From NCBI GenBank assembly GCA_000182565.2, contig KQ257450.1: a DNA stretch of 64,000 nucleotides; one strand, 5' to 3'. This DNA comes from Spizellomyces punctatus DAOM BR117. Its lineage: Eukaryota. This document shows positions 1 to 13,140 of the stretch, in pieces (positions within the stretch are counted from its first letter, which is position 1; every line of letters starts with the position of its first letter). The notes beneath the pieces are model-generated. The model was not told the origin of the DNA and did not search any database. It was given only the letters and a program-made list of their open reading frames with translations. Position numbers and translations under genes: made by a program.

Positions 1-8
1 GGCGAGCG

Positions 9-134
9 NNNNNNNNNNNNNNNNNNNNNNNNNNNNNNNNNNNNNNNNNNNNNNNNNNNNNNNNNNNNNNNNNNNNNNNNNNNNNNNNNNNNNNNNNNNN
101 NNNNNNNNNNNNNNNNNNNNNNNNNNNNNNNNNN
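9..134. other. Assembly gap (N run)
   Basis: Run of n characters. Confidence 0.99.
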
Positions 135-322
135 GGTCGTCACAACCGCCACTACATCATCATCACAGGGTATGCGGTTCCTCCTCCACAAGCACAACAG
201 GCCTACAGGCCTCTCTCGCCTCAACAGATTGCCGCTGCCCAACATTATCCCCAGTATGGCCATCCCCAGCAAATTCAACCCGCGCATACCGCCCCCGCAG
301 CCGGCATACCAAACACAGTGGG

Positions 323-1887
323 ATGATTCCCGCATCTGAATCCGATGGAACTGTCGTTGAAGACACCCCTGAAGCGCGAGCGGGTCCCGCTTTCCGTGGT
401 GCGCGTCAAGAGACGGATCCAAAGGCCATTGGTGGATCAAGGAGTAACCCAAATGTGCCAGGCATGTCGTATGCCCTCCTCGAAGAAACGGGAGAGCGCA
501 CAAACAAGGGAAACACCAAATTCATCATGGCCATTTTGGCTGAAGCTTGGCTCTTTCACTTGATTTTTATTCTGGGTGGGACCTTTTTGCTGACCTTTTA
601 CGCGTGGGACTTTTCGTACACGGACACGAAATTATGGAACACGTCTTGCTACTGGAAGCTGGGTACGTTTTTTTGCTTGCAGGTAATTGAAATGAAATGA
701 AATCTAATGCTTTTTATTAAACAGGCTGGCTGTTTCCTTTCCCTTACACACTGATTTGCTTTTTCGGCTTGGTCTTGCCCTTTCGCACACCAAAGTTTCT
801 CTACGACACGGATATGCCCAAGCGTCGCGTAGACAATTTATACATTCTCACAGTCACAAAAGGTGACAACCGAGAAGCTGTCTACCGTGCCTGGAACGCC
901 CACAAGCATTTGGAGCGCTTGCACCCTTGTGTTCGTGTCCACGTGTTGACCGACGAGCCCTACTTTTTCGAAAACCTGAATTGTTACACGTGCCCAAAGA
1001 GCTTCCGTACCGCCAACAGCAAGTACAAGGCCCGTGCCCTCGAATGGTACCGTCAAACTATGCGCTTTACAGAGCACGACTGGGTTCTCCACTTGGACGA
1101 AGAGTCTGTTATTGACGACGAGTCGGTCAAGCGCGTGCTTGAATTCATTTGGTACGAACGCGAGTGCACGTGGGGTCAAGGCGTCATCATGTACAACCAG
1201 TACCGCTACTGGTCCAACTGGATCTTTACTGTTGCCGATGCCATCCGTGTCGGAGACGACTTGAGTCGTTTCCACCTCCAGTACACGTACTTTAGGCGTC
1301 CTATTTTCGGTGCTCACGGTTCCTTCTTGTTGACAAATGGTCTCGTTGAAAACTCTGTTACATGGGATTTGGGCTCCTTGACCGAAGATTTCCAATTTGC
1401 CGTCCATGCATGGGAAATGGGTTACAAGTGCGGAAAAGTTCCCGGCATCATTCGTGAACAGTCTCCCATGGACTTGATTGGATTCTTGAAGCAGCGTCGT
1501 AGGTGGTATGTCGGTATTCGCCGTCTCCCTGCCTTTTTGCCCAAACTCTGGAGTTTCTTTTGGACCCTCGGTATCTTTTGTCTATTTTGCACGATTGCCT
1601 CGATCCCGCTCGGTATTTGGCTCGCCAAATCGATTGACGGTGAAAGCGGCAACGACACACCACGGTGGTTTGGCCTCCTCAAGGACTTTTCCTTTGTCGT
1701 ATTTGTTTACCTGTACCTGATTGGCATTATTACTCAAGACTTGGACAAAAAGGTCAATCCCATTATGGCCTTGATCCATATCCCCGCAACCCTGATTCTC
1801 CAATATGTAGCGGGTATTTTGGAAGCACTGAGTGTGGCATATGGTATCATTTTCCCGCCCGCTGACTTTGATGTCATTAAAAAATAG
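323..1887 (+). CDS. GT2-family glycosyltransferase, egghead/BRE-3-like (beta-1,4-mannosyltransferase-like); 5' end uncertain
   Basis: ORFs 323-700 and 769-1887 join in frame via intron 663-724 (GTACGT...ACAG, giving KLG/WLFPFPY). Motifs YKARALE, HLDEES, GAHGSFL, SLTED and KQRRRW (QxxRW), with N- and C-terminal TM helices. Confidence 0.8.
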
Positions 1888-2833
1888 TTGTGTGTGTGTG
1901 TGTGATTTATATTAAGTGTGGACTAGGATGGGATCTTTTATTATCTAGTAGTTTGGGAATTGTAGGTAGAGGGACAAAAAAAATGTATTTGATAAATAGG
2001 GGACGTCTTGAAACATAGGACATTATTAATGCCTGATAATGACTGTTGAGACTGTTTTTTGCATTGACGATACCTCTCTCTGTGCAATGGAGCGAATATC
2101 TGTGTTAGATATGGGGACGTCAAGAACCAACGGATCCCCATTTCCCAACGTTTAGAGGCAGAAAGCTCTAGGGAGTAGATGCGGCGAACAGTGTTGGAAG
2201 ATCGAGAAGTAACCCCAGCACTACAAACAAGCCATGATGTGTCTCAAAGAATCCCTTGTGATTAAGGCAATGAATCATTCAGTCCTTACAGGGATCGATT
2301 GGAAAGTTACGACACGCTATTCGTTCATTCTCAACACTGAAAATCTTGATAGAAAATCCAAGCCCATACCCAACCAAACCCTAAAATAAAACAAAAATCC
2401 CTTCCTAATCATCGAAAAAATTATGAACGATAAAACTGTAGCTTTTTAAAGAGTCACATTGCAAGATCACACTACCAAAACGGTCCGGTTTCTTCATTAC
2501 CCTTTTACGGTTTCTCCGCGATATGGAATGAAACAACTGTATAACGAATCATGTCATATGAATGATCACCTCAACTCTTCCTGGGCTGATGTTAACGGAT
2601 TTTTTATTGGTGTCAAGGTTTAGTTTTAGTCAGTGATGATATCTAAGCTATAGACCTTTAACAGATACCTACATCACCAAAAGTTTTTAATTTTATGTAT
2701 CGTAGACAAAACCAAAACATGACCCTTGTTGTCGTGTAGAAGCTGAAATGCCCAATGTTGATAGGAACTTTTAACACGATCTAAGGTGTTAAAGACGTGA
2801 ATATGGAATATGTCTGTTGGATTGTTTCAACAT

Positions 2834-2906
2834 GGGGAATTAGCTCAAATGGTAGAGCGCTCGCTTAGCATGCGAGAGGCACGGGGATCGATACCCCGAT
2901 TCTCCA
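2834..2906 (+). tRNA. tRNA-Ala(AGC)
   Basis: GGGGAATTAGCTCAAATGGTAGAGCGCTCGCTTAGCATGCGAGAGGCACGGGGATCGATACCCCGATTCTCCA folds as a cloverleaf with anticodon AGC; a T-run Pol III terminator follows at ~2931. Confidence 0.96.
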
Positions 2907-3488
2907 CTCCCTTCGCTCATCATCGCCATCTTTTTTCGCTAGCCTCACCATTGTCAACATGTTGACCCTTATGGGACTAGTTTTCTGTTTTGATAAACAG
3001 AAAGAATTGTAGAGCGCTTGCATTCTTGATAAGACGCAAAGTACAGGCAGGATTCAGCAAAAAGGGATCGATAGGCTGATGATCCCAGCCTTTATTGGCT
3101 TCACAGTGATGTGTTGTTTGCTTGTTTTCGATGGCTTCTGCGTATGGTCCAGCGTGGAATGTTTCGCATGAGAGACTCCCTGGTGTTGCAGGTCTATGTA
3201 TGCAAGTGTCAATCTTCGTCGAACAAGATGTACCTGCGTTTGGGAAATATAGATTATGAGATCTGAAATGGGATGTATGTACTAAGTGTAAAGGGAATGC
3301 TATGGAACTCTTTTTTCTTTGCCGTCCGTGTTTCGCATATGTTTAAAAAAAAAAGTAATATCATAGTTGGATTACAAAAGAAAATGGTGGGACTATGTTA
3401 GAAATGCCTATATGAAACTATTCTACATCCGAAATTTGCGCATTTTAACGATGGTAACCACACATGTGCATGTGGTCAATATGCATCA

Positions 3489-4737
3489 CTATGCATTTCG
3501 CCAAAAACAAACCTTGCCGTCTTCTCCACCAGAGACTAACCGACCCCCCTATAGAAAAAAAAAATCATCAACATTCACACTACCAATCTCACAAAATATC
3601 ACAAAAAAACCTCGTACAAAAGTTTACTTACCCCAACATCCCAAAGCACCCCTCTCACAATATCACTATGCCCCCCATTCAACGTATGCACCAACTCCAA
3701 TCCCCCCATCCCAACATTCAATGCACACATATTCCCAGATTGGTCCCCACCGACCACAAATAACCTCTCACCATGCGGATCATAGGTGGCATCAATACAG
3801 TACTCTAAAGCCGCCAATTCAGACGCCCCACGCACGTCCCCGTATTCTCGTACCGTGTCTCCAGTCATGGTATACAATGAGAGCGTCTCCATGTGTGATA
3901 GGGCATACAAGTACGTCCCCCCCGGTCCAAAAAACCCAATCTTTGAAATTGAATCGGATTTGAATACGTGTTCTAGGGCGTCGTCTTCTGTTGGTGTTGT
4001 CAAAGCGTATAAACACATTAACCCATCCGTAGATCCACTTGCAAGTGCCGTTGGATGCGTTGGGTGGAATTTGATTTGGGTAATATCGTCGGAATGGCAT
4101 TCTGTGAATTCTGTCAAAGGTGTTGGGCCTCCGCGGATGTCCCTGTTTTTTTGATGTTCGTTAGGATAATGGTGATGTTGGATTGTTTTTTTGTGCAGCA
4201 ATTGTTTACCATATACAGATTTTGGCGTCTTCACCAACGAGTTCTGTTCCCTATTAAAAATAAACGAAAATTGGCACATGGAAAGTATAAGGTTTACATG
4301 AAAGGAGTACGTACCGCAGCTACCATCGTTTGCGAAGAATTAACATCCAAACTCAAAACAGGTGCACCCGCTACAACCAAAAAAAACAACCACTTGTTAA
4401 CAACAACACTCCCATTTCCTCTCACACACAAAAAAAAACAAGAATCACCTTGAAACCTCTTTGAACATTTCCCCTCCCGCACATCCCACACACTAACCTC
4501 ATCCCCCCCACACCAAACAACATTATCCCGCTTATCAAACACAGCCTCCTTGATTCCTCCCACATTTATTCCACCCACATGCTCACTCGTAGTCGCATCA
4601 TAGAGGTGGACTGTCCCGCATGATGTTGGTGCGGCGAGGAGGGTGCCGTCGGGGGAGATGAGGATGGAGAGAACGTAGGAGGTGGTTGGATTGTGGGTTT
4701 TGATAAGGTGGAAGGGAGTGTATGGTGGGGACGTCAT
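3489..4737 (-). CDS. WD40-repeat protein, WDR89-like (multi-exon)
   Basis: ECHSDDITQIKFHP..LASGSTDGL, LYALSHMETLSLY, GGHSDIVRGVLWD, and a last exon LVSGGEDGKVCFWRNA*. Confidence 0.8.
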
Positions 4738-5118
4738 TGTCGACACGTAAAAGTGATCTAAGGAAAACTCCGTTGGTGAAAGGAAGCATCTAAAATGACA
4801 CGTGATACCACGTGGATGGTAGCTGGATGCTTGTGGTTGAGGAACTTTGGAATATGATATTTGGTTGTTTGGGATGTTTGGTGCTGAGACTGTTAAAGAT
4901 GTTACAAAGTGTTTTTGCATTGTTCATGTCTGTTTTGTTTGTTGCAGTCATTGCTGTCTGCCGAAAATATCTCGATTGCAATAGTTTTGTTGAAATCCAA
5001 GCAGAATCTAAAACTATGAAAAACAACCCGCGACATGCCGTAATCAAACTAAATGGTCCTGGCCAAACTCCGCTACGAAACACACTCGTTCAAGCTCCAT
5101 TCTCAAACTTATCCCATC

Positions 5119-5478
5119 ATGTCCACCCTAACACCCACCGCACCAACAACCTTACCCCCCACAACCCCGCGAACCCGCAAAACCCTCCCCCCCTCCCCCC
5201 CGTCCGACTCTTCCACTCCCCTCTACACAACAACCACCATCGCCCCCGCCCCTCAAACCAGCACACACACTCTAACCCTCCTACCCAACCGTACACTCGT
5301 TATCGACACGGTACCCAAAAAACGACTCTCGGAGAAATGGACTCGGGAGTCTCGTATGAATCCTACGCGGCGGATCGTCAATTGGGAGGATATTGAGGAG
5401 GTGCGGGATTTTGTTGTGGAGGTTTTTGGGGTGGGTGTTTGGGAGAGGGTTTGTGAGGTTGTTGGGGTGGTTGTGTAG
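5119..5478 (+). CDS. Small hypothetical protein (~119 aa, P/T-rich N-terminus)
   Basis: ATG at 5119 in ORF 5053-5478, divergent from the WDR89-like gene; protein-like C-terminal half; no family recognised. Confidence 0.45.
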   Translation: MSTLTPTAPTTLPPTTPRTRKTLPPSPPSDSSTPLYTTTTIAPAPQTSTHTLTLLPNRTLVIDTVPKKRLSEKWTRESRMNPTRRIVNWEDIEEVRDFVVEVFGVGVWERVCEVVGVVV

Positions 5479-6166
5479 TTTCTTTGAGGTTTTAATGGGG
5501 TTTATTTGGAATATGAGTTTTGTTGTCGGTTTTGGAGAAAATTGAACGCTTTGGGATATTCCTTTTCTCGTCTCTTTTTTTTAATTGTTTTGGTTCGCTC
5601 AAGCATTTATCAACTTATGATTTTGGATATTTGGGGAATTGAAAAAGTTCTTTCGAGTTTTCTGTTTTGGTCGCTAATTATCCAACCACGTAGAAATCGC
5701 ATTGAAATGATTGGTTTTGCATGCATGTGTGTTCCACCTAGGACCCTCCATATTCTTTCTAGCATTGTAAGGAAATCATAACACGGTCACTGCCGTTCCA
5801 CTCTCTGAGGACCTCTCTCGTGGCCGTCAGTGAGCGTCACTCGGAGTAGTCATTGGGCATTACTTGAGAGTGCAGAGTTAATCGCTCACTACCACGCATA
5901 TGACTGCCCACCGCAACCAATTTGCTAATGATTATTCAAGCGTTGAACACTGGTTGCGAATATTCATTACGCCTAATCAACCATGTTTTTCAAAGTCCAT
6001 GCTAGTGTATATAAAAGTGCGTGGATTCGAGGGGAAATGTAGCACGGCTGCCAGCGAAGTGTGCAAGGACGTACACGTGATGGATTACGTGTCCCCACGT
6101 CCGGACAATCAGACAAGATCCTCACAAACAACTACGATAACTTTCAAGCTTGAACTTTTCTTAACC

Positions 6167-7834
6167 ATGACCGACCCGTCCTTTCCCGCTCCCTCCCCTC
6201 CACCAGATATATACACCCTCTTCCCAGGCCGAAAATCTCAGATCGATGCTCTTCTTCCTATCCTCACCCATGTAAGTCGTTCTCTCCCACATGCACGAAT
6301 ATATCCAAAACTTGAACACCATTTCTTTAGCCAACCCTTCCCGCCCCACCGACAATCTTTCTCAGCGGCCTCCCTGGAACAGGAAAAACAACTCTCCTAA
6401 AATGCGTCCTCAAGGACGTTTCAAATATGGCGTGGGTGAATTGCGTGGAACGGTTCACGGAGCGATTGGTGTTTGAGGGTATATTGCGGGATTGGGGAGT
6501 TGGTAGACGCTGTGATGGTATTGCAGAGTTTGTTGGGGTTGTAAAGGAGATGGAGACTGAGGAGAAGAGGATTTTGGTATGTTGAGTTTTTTTTCGTTGG
6601 TTGTTTTGGAGTGTTGTTGTTTGTTGGTGAGATGCCTTATTGGCCAAACTCAGGTATTTGACAAGGCGGAACGATTGCGTGATATGTCATCAACACTCCT
6701 CCCAGCTCTCATGCGACTCCCCGAACTCGTACGTTCCCAATAGGATATCTCACGCCTCTCCCTATTTCACTACACTGACACAATCTCGACAATAGGTTCG
6801 ATTTCCGTTAACCATTATCCTCATAACACACCTCACCTGGCCCGATTTCCGTTCCCGCATTGGATCTCTCGACCCATCCTACACTGTCCATTTCCCATCG
6901 TACACTAAATCCGAAACACTGGCCATACTCGCAAAAGACTGTCCACCGACAGAAGATGTCCAATTCTTTGTCTCGTTTGTCGAGATTCTTTATGAAGTGT
7001 TTTCAAAGCCTTGTAGGGATGTACGTGAGCTGCGGTACTTGGTTGCATTATGGTTTCCAAAGTATGTTGAGCCGGTTTTGAATGGCAAAGGTATGTATTG
7101 CCTTTTCTTTATGGTTGATAGGTTCTCGCATGTATTAATGGACCAATGTTAGTAACCCGACAGCAAACCAGCAAACTCTTTGGATTCATCCAACCGCATA
7201 TCAAAAACGCACTTCACAGCGTGTATCTCCGAGACGTCTCCAGTCACGAATACCAGAAAACCAGTGTCAAATCCAACCACGGTATGTATATAGGGCATCT
7301 TTTGATATGCAGGAAACTCTGCTGATCATTCCTAAAAGTCTACGACGTGGATTTACCCTACTATACCAAATTCCTCCTCATTGCCGCATTTTTGGCGTCC
7401 TATAATCCTCCTCGGTTAGATGTTCGCTTCTTTTCAAAGGGTGATGTGGGGAGTCGTAAGAAGAAGGGCGGGCGACGAGCGAGGGTATCGAGTGAGGGTG
7501 GAAAGGTACGTTTGTAGTACGAACCAGTATGCATGACACATGTACTAAAAACGCCTTTTTACAGATGCGTCAACAACTCCTTGGTCCAAAAGCCTTCCCC
7601 ATTGAACGCCTCCTCGCCATATTCTACAGCATCCTCGAAAATTCTCTAGAGAGCTCTATCGATATTTACCAAGAGATTGCATCCCTCGTATCACTACGAC
7701 TTTTGGTGCGTGTTACGACCCCCGATCGCTTGGATGGCGTTAAATGCAAGTGTAATGTAGGATTGGAGTTTGTGAATGCTGTTGCAAAGAGTGTTAAATT
7801 TGATGTTGGGAAATATTTATTTGATTTTGTGTGA
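6167..7834 (+). CDS. ORC5: Origin recognition complex subunit 5 (multi-exon)
   Basis: [10 protein letters not shown], Walker [62 protein letters not shown]-terminal KCKCNV..KYLFDFV. Confidence 0.92.
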
Positions 7835-7996
7835 GTTGTGGATTAGGACATTTGTTTTGGGTGTAATACCATACACGATGGGATTTTGGTATTCTTATTA
7901 GAAAGTACGAAAAAAAGTTGACCTATATACATATTGAATCCAATCCCATCCCCTTTGTGCCATGACACACTATTATCAGGGAAACCAGTCAGGCTT

Positions 7997-8361
7997 TTAT
8001 CCAAATAATTGGACAAAAACGTTCAATTCCTCTTCACTGACTCCGCTGGGTTCCAGCATGTCTTTCCACTTGTTTTCCACTTCCTGGGCAAGTAGAACCA
8101 ATCGGCGGGACAGCCTAACAAAGAAAGGTATGAGTATCACCACTGACAAGATTGCTACGACCATAACAAACCAAACATACACTTTTATGAAAATAATAGT
8201 AAGCACCCATTGTTCGGCGTGAGATGGCACGGCCATGGTTTCAGAGAGGTACAGCGTGTCAACTAACCCCGATAGATCATCGGTAATGGGCACCGTGATG
8301 TGATACTCGCGTCGAAAAAGGGCATACCTACAACCACAAACATAAAATAAGAAAACCCAAA

Positions 8362-8398
<37 letters not shown>

Positions 8399-9911
8399 AG
8401 AAAACAATGTCAAAACATACGTCGCCAACATCTTTTCCATAAAAATTCCTTTCCGAATCGTCATCCTCTCATCTTCTACCACAGGCCCCCAAGACTCCCC
8501 ACGCACCCACCCCCTCGTCCGATCCGTCACCATCCTCCCCAACAACGTCCAAACATTCCCAAAAAGAGACAACGAGACCATTTTTCCAATCGGTTTGGGG
8601 TGAAGCCATATTTGTGGTGTTTGCTCTGTTGTATCGGGTCCAAGGGGTGAATGCGGTGGTGATAACAGTGGGGACTCTATAACGGTTTCAGAAGAAAAGA
8701 TCCGAGTTGGGGGGCGGTGTGGGGCGGCTGGGCCTTTGGTGTGATGTCTTGGTGGGCCGTTGGGTGATGCGATTGGGATATCGTGGTCTGTGAGAACAAG
8801 ATCTTGTAGTTTGTTTTCAAGGTGCGTGATACCGTCCCCAAGGCTTTGCTCATTAGTTTGGCTTTCAATGTGTTGTGTATCGTTTATTGGTTCAGGTGTG
8901 ATTGAACTGCCGTCCAGACGTTCCTTTAATACCATTGTAGAAGGTCTCCCCTTTTTGTCCTTTCGAAATTGCACATGGAATCCTTCAATAGCGTCGTGTT
9001 GCGGGCCGATATCAGCAGGAGGTGTAGGTGGCGTGGGTGGTTCAATGGTTTTTTCTTTCACTACGATGGTGGGGGCGCTCATATTTGGGAGGCGTTGAAG
9101 GAGGGTGTGTACGTAGTTGGTGCGGAGGGTTTTGGGTGATGTGGTGCTTGGTGCGGATTTTGATACTCTTTGTTGGCGGAATTCACTAGTAGTATTGTAA
9201 GAGTATTAGGATATGGGAATCAGACAGTGGGATCAATGTCCCTTCTTATACCTAAGCGTGTATCCCGTAGGAATGACTTCAACTGGTGGCATGCTACCAA
9301 ACACACACCATACCACATTAGTGACAGCTCCTAGTCAAGAATACTGGCGATGACACTCACCTCTCAAAATTCCTCATATAAACCGGCTCCTCCACCAACT
9401 GCGCCTTAAAAAACTGACTTGCAGCAAAACAAGTTGATGAACAGAACCTCTTCAATTCGGTCACATCGTATACTTTCTGCTCTGCTCTTGATATACGGTA
9501 CCGGCCCTTGATATCTGCAACTGCTTGATCGCAGAGTGGGTACCCGCATGTCTTGTCGGATACTCGCTCAGTGACAATATCAGTGTAATCGGTTGGTGTT
9601 AGGTATTTGGCCTAGAGGTAAACTAGTCAAGTCTTGATTGTCATCAAGACATTCATCATTGAACGCACCGCTTCAACAAGTAAATCCAAATCGACAGCAC
9701 CGTCAAAAAGTCGTTGCTGCCACTCAAATACTCTTTTATCCCACTCCGCTCGAGTCGCAGCCGACTTTGCTATGGACTTTTGCCGATCCGTCAGTTCCTT
9801 TTTCTTTCTTGGTCTCGCGGCACGGGGGCCTGGTGCTCGTCGGGAAGGTCGTGGGGCTGTCACTACATTCTGGGGGTTGGACAGTGGACTTGGAGTGTGG
9901 GGTTTGTGCAT
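7997..9911 (-). CDS. RTR1: RNA Pol II CTD phosphatase RTR1/RPAP2-like (multi-exon)
   Basis: Exons at ~9360-9610 read YTDIVTERVSDKTCGYPLC...RYRIS..QKVYDVTELKRFCSSTCFAASQFFKAQL (RTR1-type zinc finger); downstream ORFs 8363-9082 and 7997-8293 continue the gene. Confidence 0.8.
8365..8397. repeat. Poly(A) homopolymer (33 nt) in an RTR1 intron
   Basis: Direct read of the A run. Confidence 0.9.
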
Positions 9912-9995
9912 GGTGAATGATCTACGCTGTTTGCAGTGGGCGAGTGAGCGCCTTATTGGTGACGTTTAAGCTTCTATCATGACTGTGCCCCTAGC

Positions 9996-10008
9996 GTTGC
10001 TTGGCAAC
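9996..10008. promoter_or_regulatory. RFX X-box-like palindrome GTTGCTTGGCAAC (RTR1/NAA35 divergent promoter)
   Basis: Resembles the X-box consensus GTNRCC-N0-3-RGYAAC. Confidence 0.5.
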
Positions 10009-10010
10009 CC

Positions 10011-12687
10011 ATGACACATCAACAATTCGATTCCGACCCTCCGTTTGGCGGTCTTGGAGTTGAGTTGTAAGGGAAATCGTAACGGAGGAAACGTGGAATT
10101 TGGTGCGCTTTTCTTCTAGAGCGCTTGAAAGCTTACTCGGAAATGTCTTTGAAAACGTAAGTGTCCTAGAGTTCCTTCCAGTAGACAAACGCGTTTTCAA
10201 CCCAGTGGAGATCATTTTCAGAATACACGAAGAGATTCTGGAGCAAGATCACAAACCACGTACGTTGCACTAGATACCGCTCTGCTCCTGTGAGCTCTAC
10301 CTAATTAACCCACAAAGCAACCAGCGTTCATAGACCGTTTGAGTGGGCACCTGTAGAACCAAGTTGGCAGGATGTAACGCAGTTTCTCAAGGATGCCACC
10401 AATGGTGAGGGTTCTCTTCCTGAGGCCTTTGGGATTGTTGCAGCAAAGGGCTGACGTTTGTGCTTTAAGCTCATTGAGGTTGCTTTTCCTTTTTTTATTT
10501 AAGAGTTGGAAGTGGGCCAGCTCGTACACCCCGAGGGATTTACGCTTTGGGAGGCCATGTCTGCTATTGAGGTAGGTCGGACCGGTATCTTACATGGCAT
10601 TATGGTTTTCTTAAATATATGGCCGTTTGAAGATGATGGATCCAAAAATGGATGCTGGCATGGAGCTCCCTCCTGAGCTGACATCGGGAAAACTTGCCGT
10701 TTCCGACATTGAAACGAAGCGATTCACCGCCGCCGAAGTGATCGGTGTCATTGACGAGCTGATCAGTTTGGAGATGTCTTGGATATCGGGCAACCTCCTC
10801 TGCCAGACGTTGTTCACCTGCATCTACCTTCACGAACCCTACAAGATAACTAGTCCGTTGTTGCAAGCCTACATCATTGCAGTATTAAAAACTGCAAACT
10901 TGATCCGACGGGAGGTCACTATGGCACACGTATACGAGGAAGAAGATTTCATTCCAGACTCCATGGGCCTCAGTTTGTGCGAGGAAGTACAGGAGAATGA
11001 AGCCTTGTCATCCTTGTTGCAAGTTGAGGATGCGCTTATGGTTCATTGGAGGACGGCAAAGGGAAAGCCCGCTAAATCGGATGCGGGTGAAATAGAGATC
11101 TTAGAGTGCCCAGAAGGACGGGAATTGGAGTACATTGACGCCCTCTTATCACGGATACGGTTTCGCCGAGCGTTTTACTCAACAGTGGCGAGCATTGGCC
11201 GATATAACCTACCTCACGCACGAAAAAGCCTTGCACAAGCAATCACGCAAATCAAGACGATCCAAAACACCATACCTCTCGGATCCGATGTTAAAGAAAG
11301 CTTCGATCCCTATGTGACTCGGAAACTTTTCTCGCAGTCTCCACCAAAACCCATCATTGCCATGCGGAAAGAAGATGGCGCTGAAGCTATGGCATCCATG
11401 CTGTCGCACTTTCAAGAGATTTGCGATGTACCCGCTTTGCAAGACTCGCATGAATTACTGGGATTTTTGAACTATGTATCTGGCCGGTCACCCAATCCGA
11501 ATGTCTTGACGCGATCTCTCATGCAAAAGACATTGGTTCGCGACGGTAAACTTTTTGGTCGAATGGATTTGAAAGATCTTATTCGGGATTCAGTCATCAA
11601 GCTATGTAGTCCTCTCTGCTTTTCTGTCACGGATCCGCAAGTGATGGAGACAGTCGACCTATTTTTGGAACGCGCAGTTGATCCTTTTTGGGCTTTGTTG
11701 CAATTGTTTGGGCACAACCGGGCACGACAACATCGACGGCTACGGAAGCTTGTGCGGCAATGGGAAGCCTTACAGGTGGAGGCTGAAGCATTGGATCTGG
11801 ACTTGCAAGCGACGATACCGAGCCGATCAGATTCCGACGAATTACCCTTTCATTTATCATCGTGGGTGTACCATCAGAAGCTAAATCTACTGTTACTTTA
11901 TCTCCTCCTTGGATATGAGCTGGATCTCTACGGCACGTACGAACATGTGATGGTGTCTTGGTACCTAGAGTATCTCTTTGAGATGCAAGAACAACATTTG
12001 TTACGCATTGAGCGGAATCGAAATAACCCAGGTCGGAGAGAAGAGCAGACCACAATGCTTTTGCTGACGGAAGTAGTGGCCAAGCAGCTCATTTTCCGAG
12101 GGTTATTTCAACTGGGAAAGGTCTTGAGACGACAAGGCCTCCTTCCTAGTCCGAAGCATGCAGCCTACAATGAGAGTATACACTATGGACATCGATTCCG
12201 GGTATTCTCGAACCTGGGGAGTCCTTCTATTTTGCCTTTTGAGCACTTTCTGGACGCTGTGCAGGAAAATGATGACGGCGATGAGGTAATGCTGGCATCT
12301 CATTCAATGATTTGGCCAAATTCTAAGTTTTCCATGTTGGATAGGCTTTACAGCTAGCACAAGCTGATTTTGCAGCTGCAAAAGGGATGCTGGAACGTCT
12401 CTTGCAGAGTTCTAGACGAGAAAATGGGGCACATTGTGCAGATAAACAACAGGGATGGATAGAAGACCGGCGAACAGTGAGTAGCTTATTTTCCTATAGC
12501 TATACCGCGTTTCGTCATCTCACCGGATCCTTAGGATATTTCCAATCTGATCAAGGTCTGTATTGCTAATGAAGTGGGCATCCGGACAATGACGGGGATA
12601 GATGCGACGGAGAGGGGAAAGCACCTTAATGTGGCCTTTGAGACAAAGTACCATAAGCAGGTGCCTTTACTGGTAGTCAAGCGATGA
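10011..12687 (+). CDS. MAK10: NatC auxiliary subunit NAA35/MAK10 (multi-exon; start uncertain)
   Basis: WQDVTQFL, GQLVH.EGFTLWEAMSAIE/MMDPKMDAGM, GNLLCQTLFTCIYLH, VYEEEDF, GHNRARQHRRL, GYELDLY; stop at 12685-12687. Confidence 0.9.
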
Positions 12688-13140
12688 TTTTTTTAAAAAT
12701 AATAAAGAAGTAAGATGGCCAAAAGGTCGGTGCCTAGACGAGAGTCCTTTGAAATGCATTGGAATGCATGAGCGAAATGAAACCAAACCAACCCTTGTGA
12801 CTCCATCCAGAACGTTTTTGGGGCGGGGGGTCTTCCATTGGATCAACACATGAAGGTCCGCCTTTTTGTTTCTATTTTTGACTTGGTTTATTAACGTACA
12901 TTCCCCCAATTTTCTTTGTCGACCAACGGAGGGGCAAGGCTGGCATTCCTCAACGAAAGGAAAAACGACACTCGAGTATACCATACGAACCCTTGCATGA
13001 GGACGGACACATTTTTGTTGAATTGCACGCATAGTCTGTGCTCCTCCTAACTGAAAAACCCGCCGTCCCCCCCTTCCCACCCCCACCCTTTTCGCCATCC
13101 ACACGTCCCAACATTGTGTTCACTTTGAAAACGGTTGGAC

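Noticed and set aside
135-322. P/Q-rich reading frames upstream of the GT2 ATG (e.g. HYPQYGHPQQIQP) suggesting frameshifting
   Set aside because: Adjacent to an assembly gap; base errors or a missing exon are more likely than programmed frameshifting, and this cannot be resolved here.
1889-1905. (TG)n microsatellite; also a 12-bp tandem duplication GGATGATTCAAT at ~41960
   Set aside because: Short simple repeats expected by chance or slippage; no sign of an array or mobile element.
3367-3963. 198-aa plus-strand ORF (and 4812-5396)
   Set aside because: Overlaps the WDR89-like gene antisense or the small ORF in another frame; low-complexity translation caused by skewed base composition.
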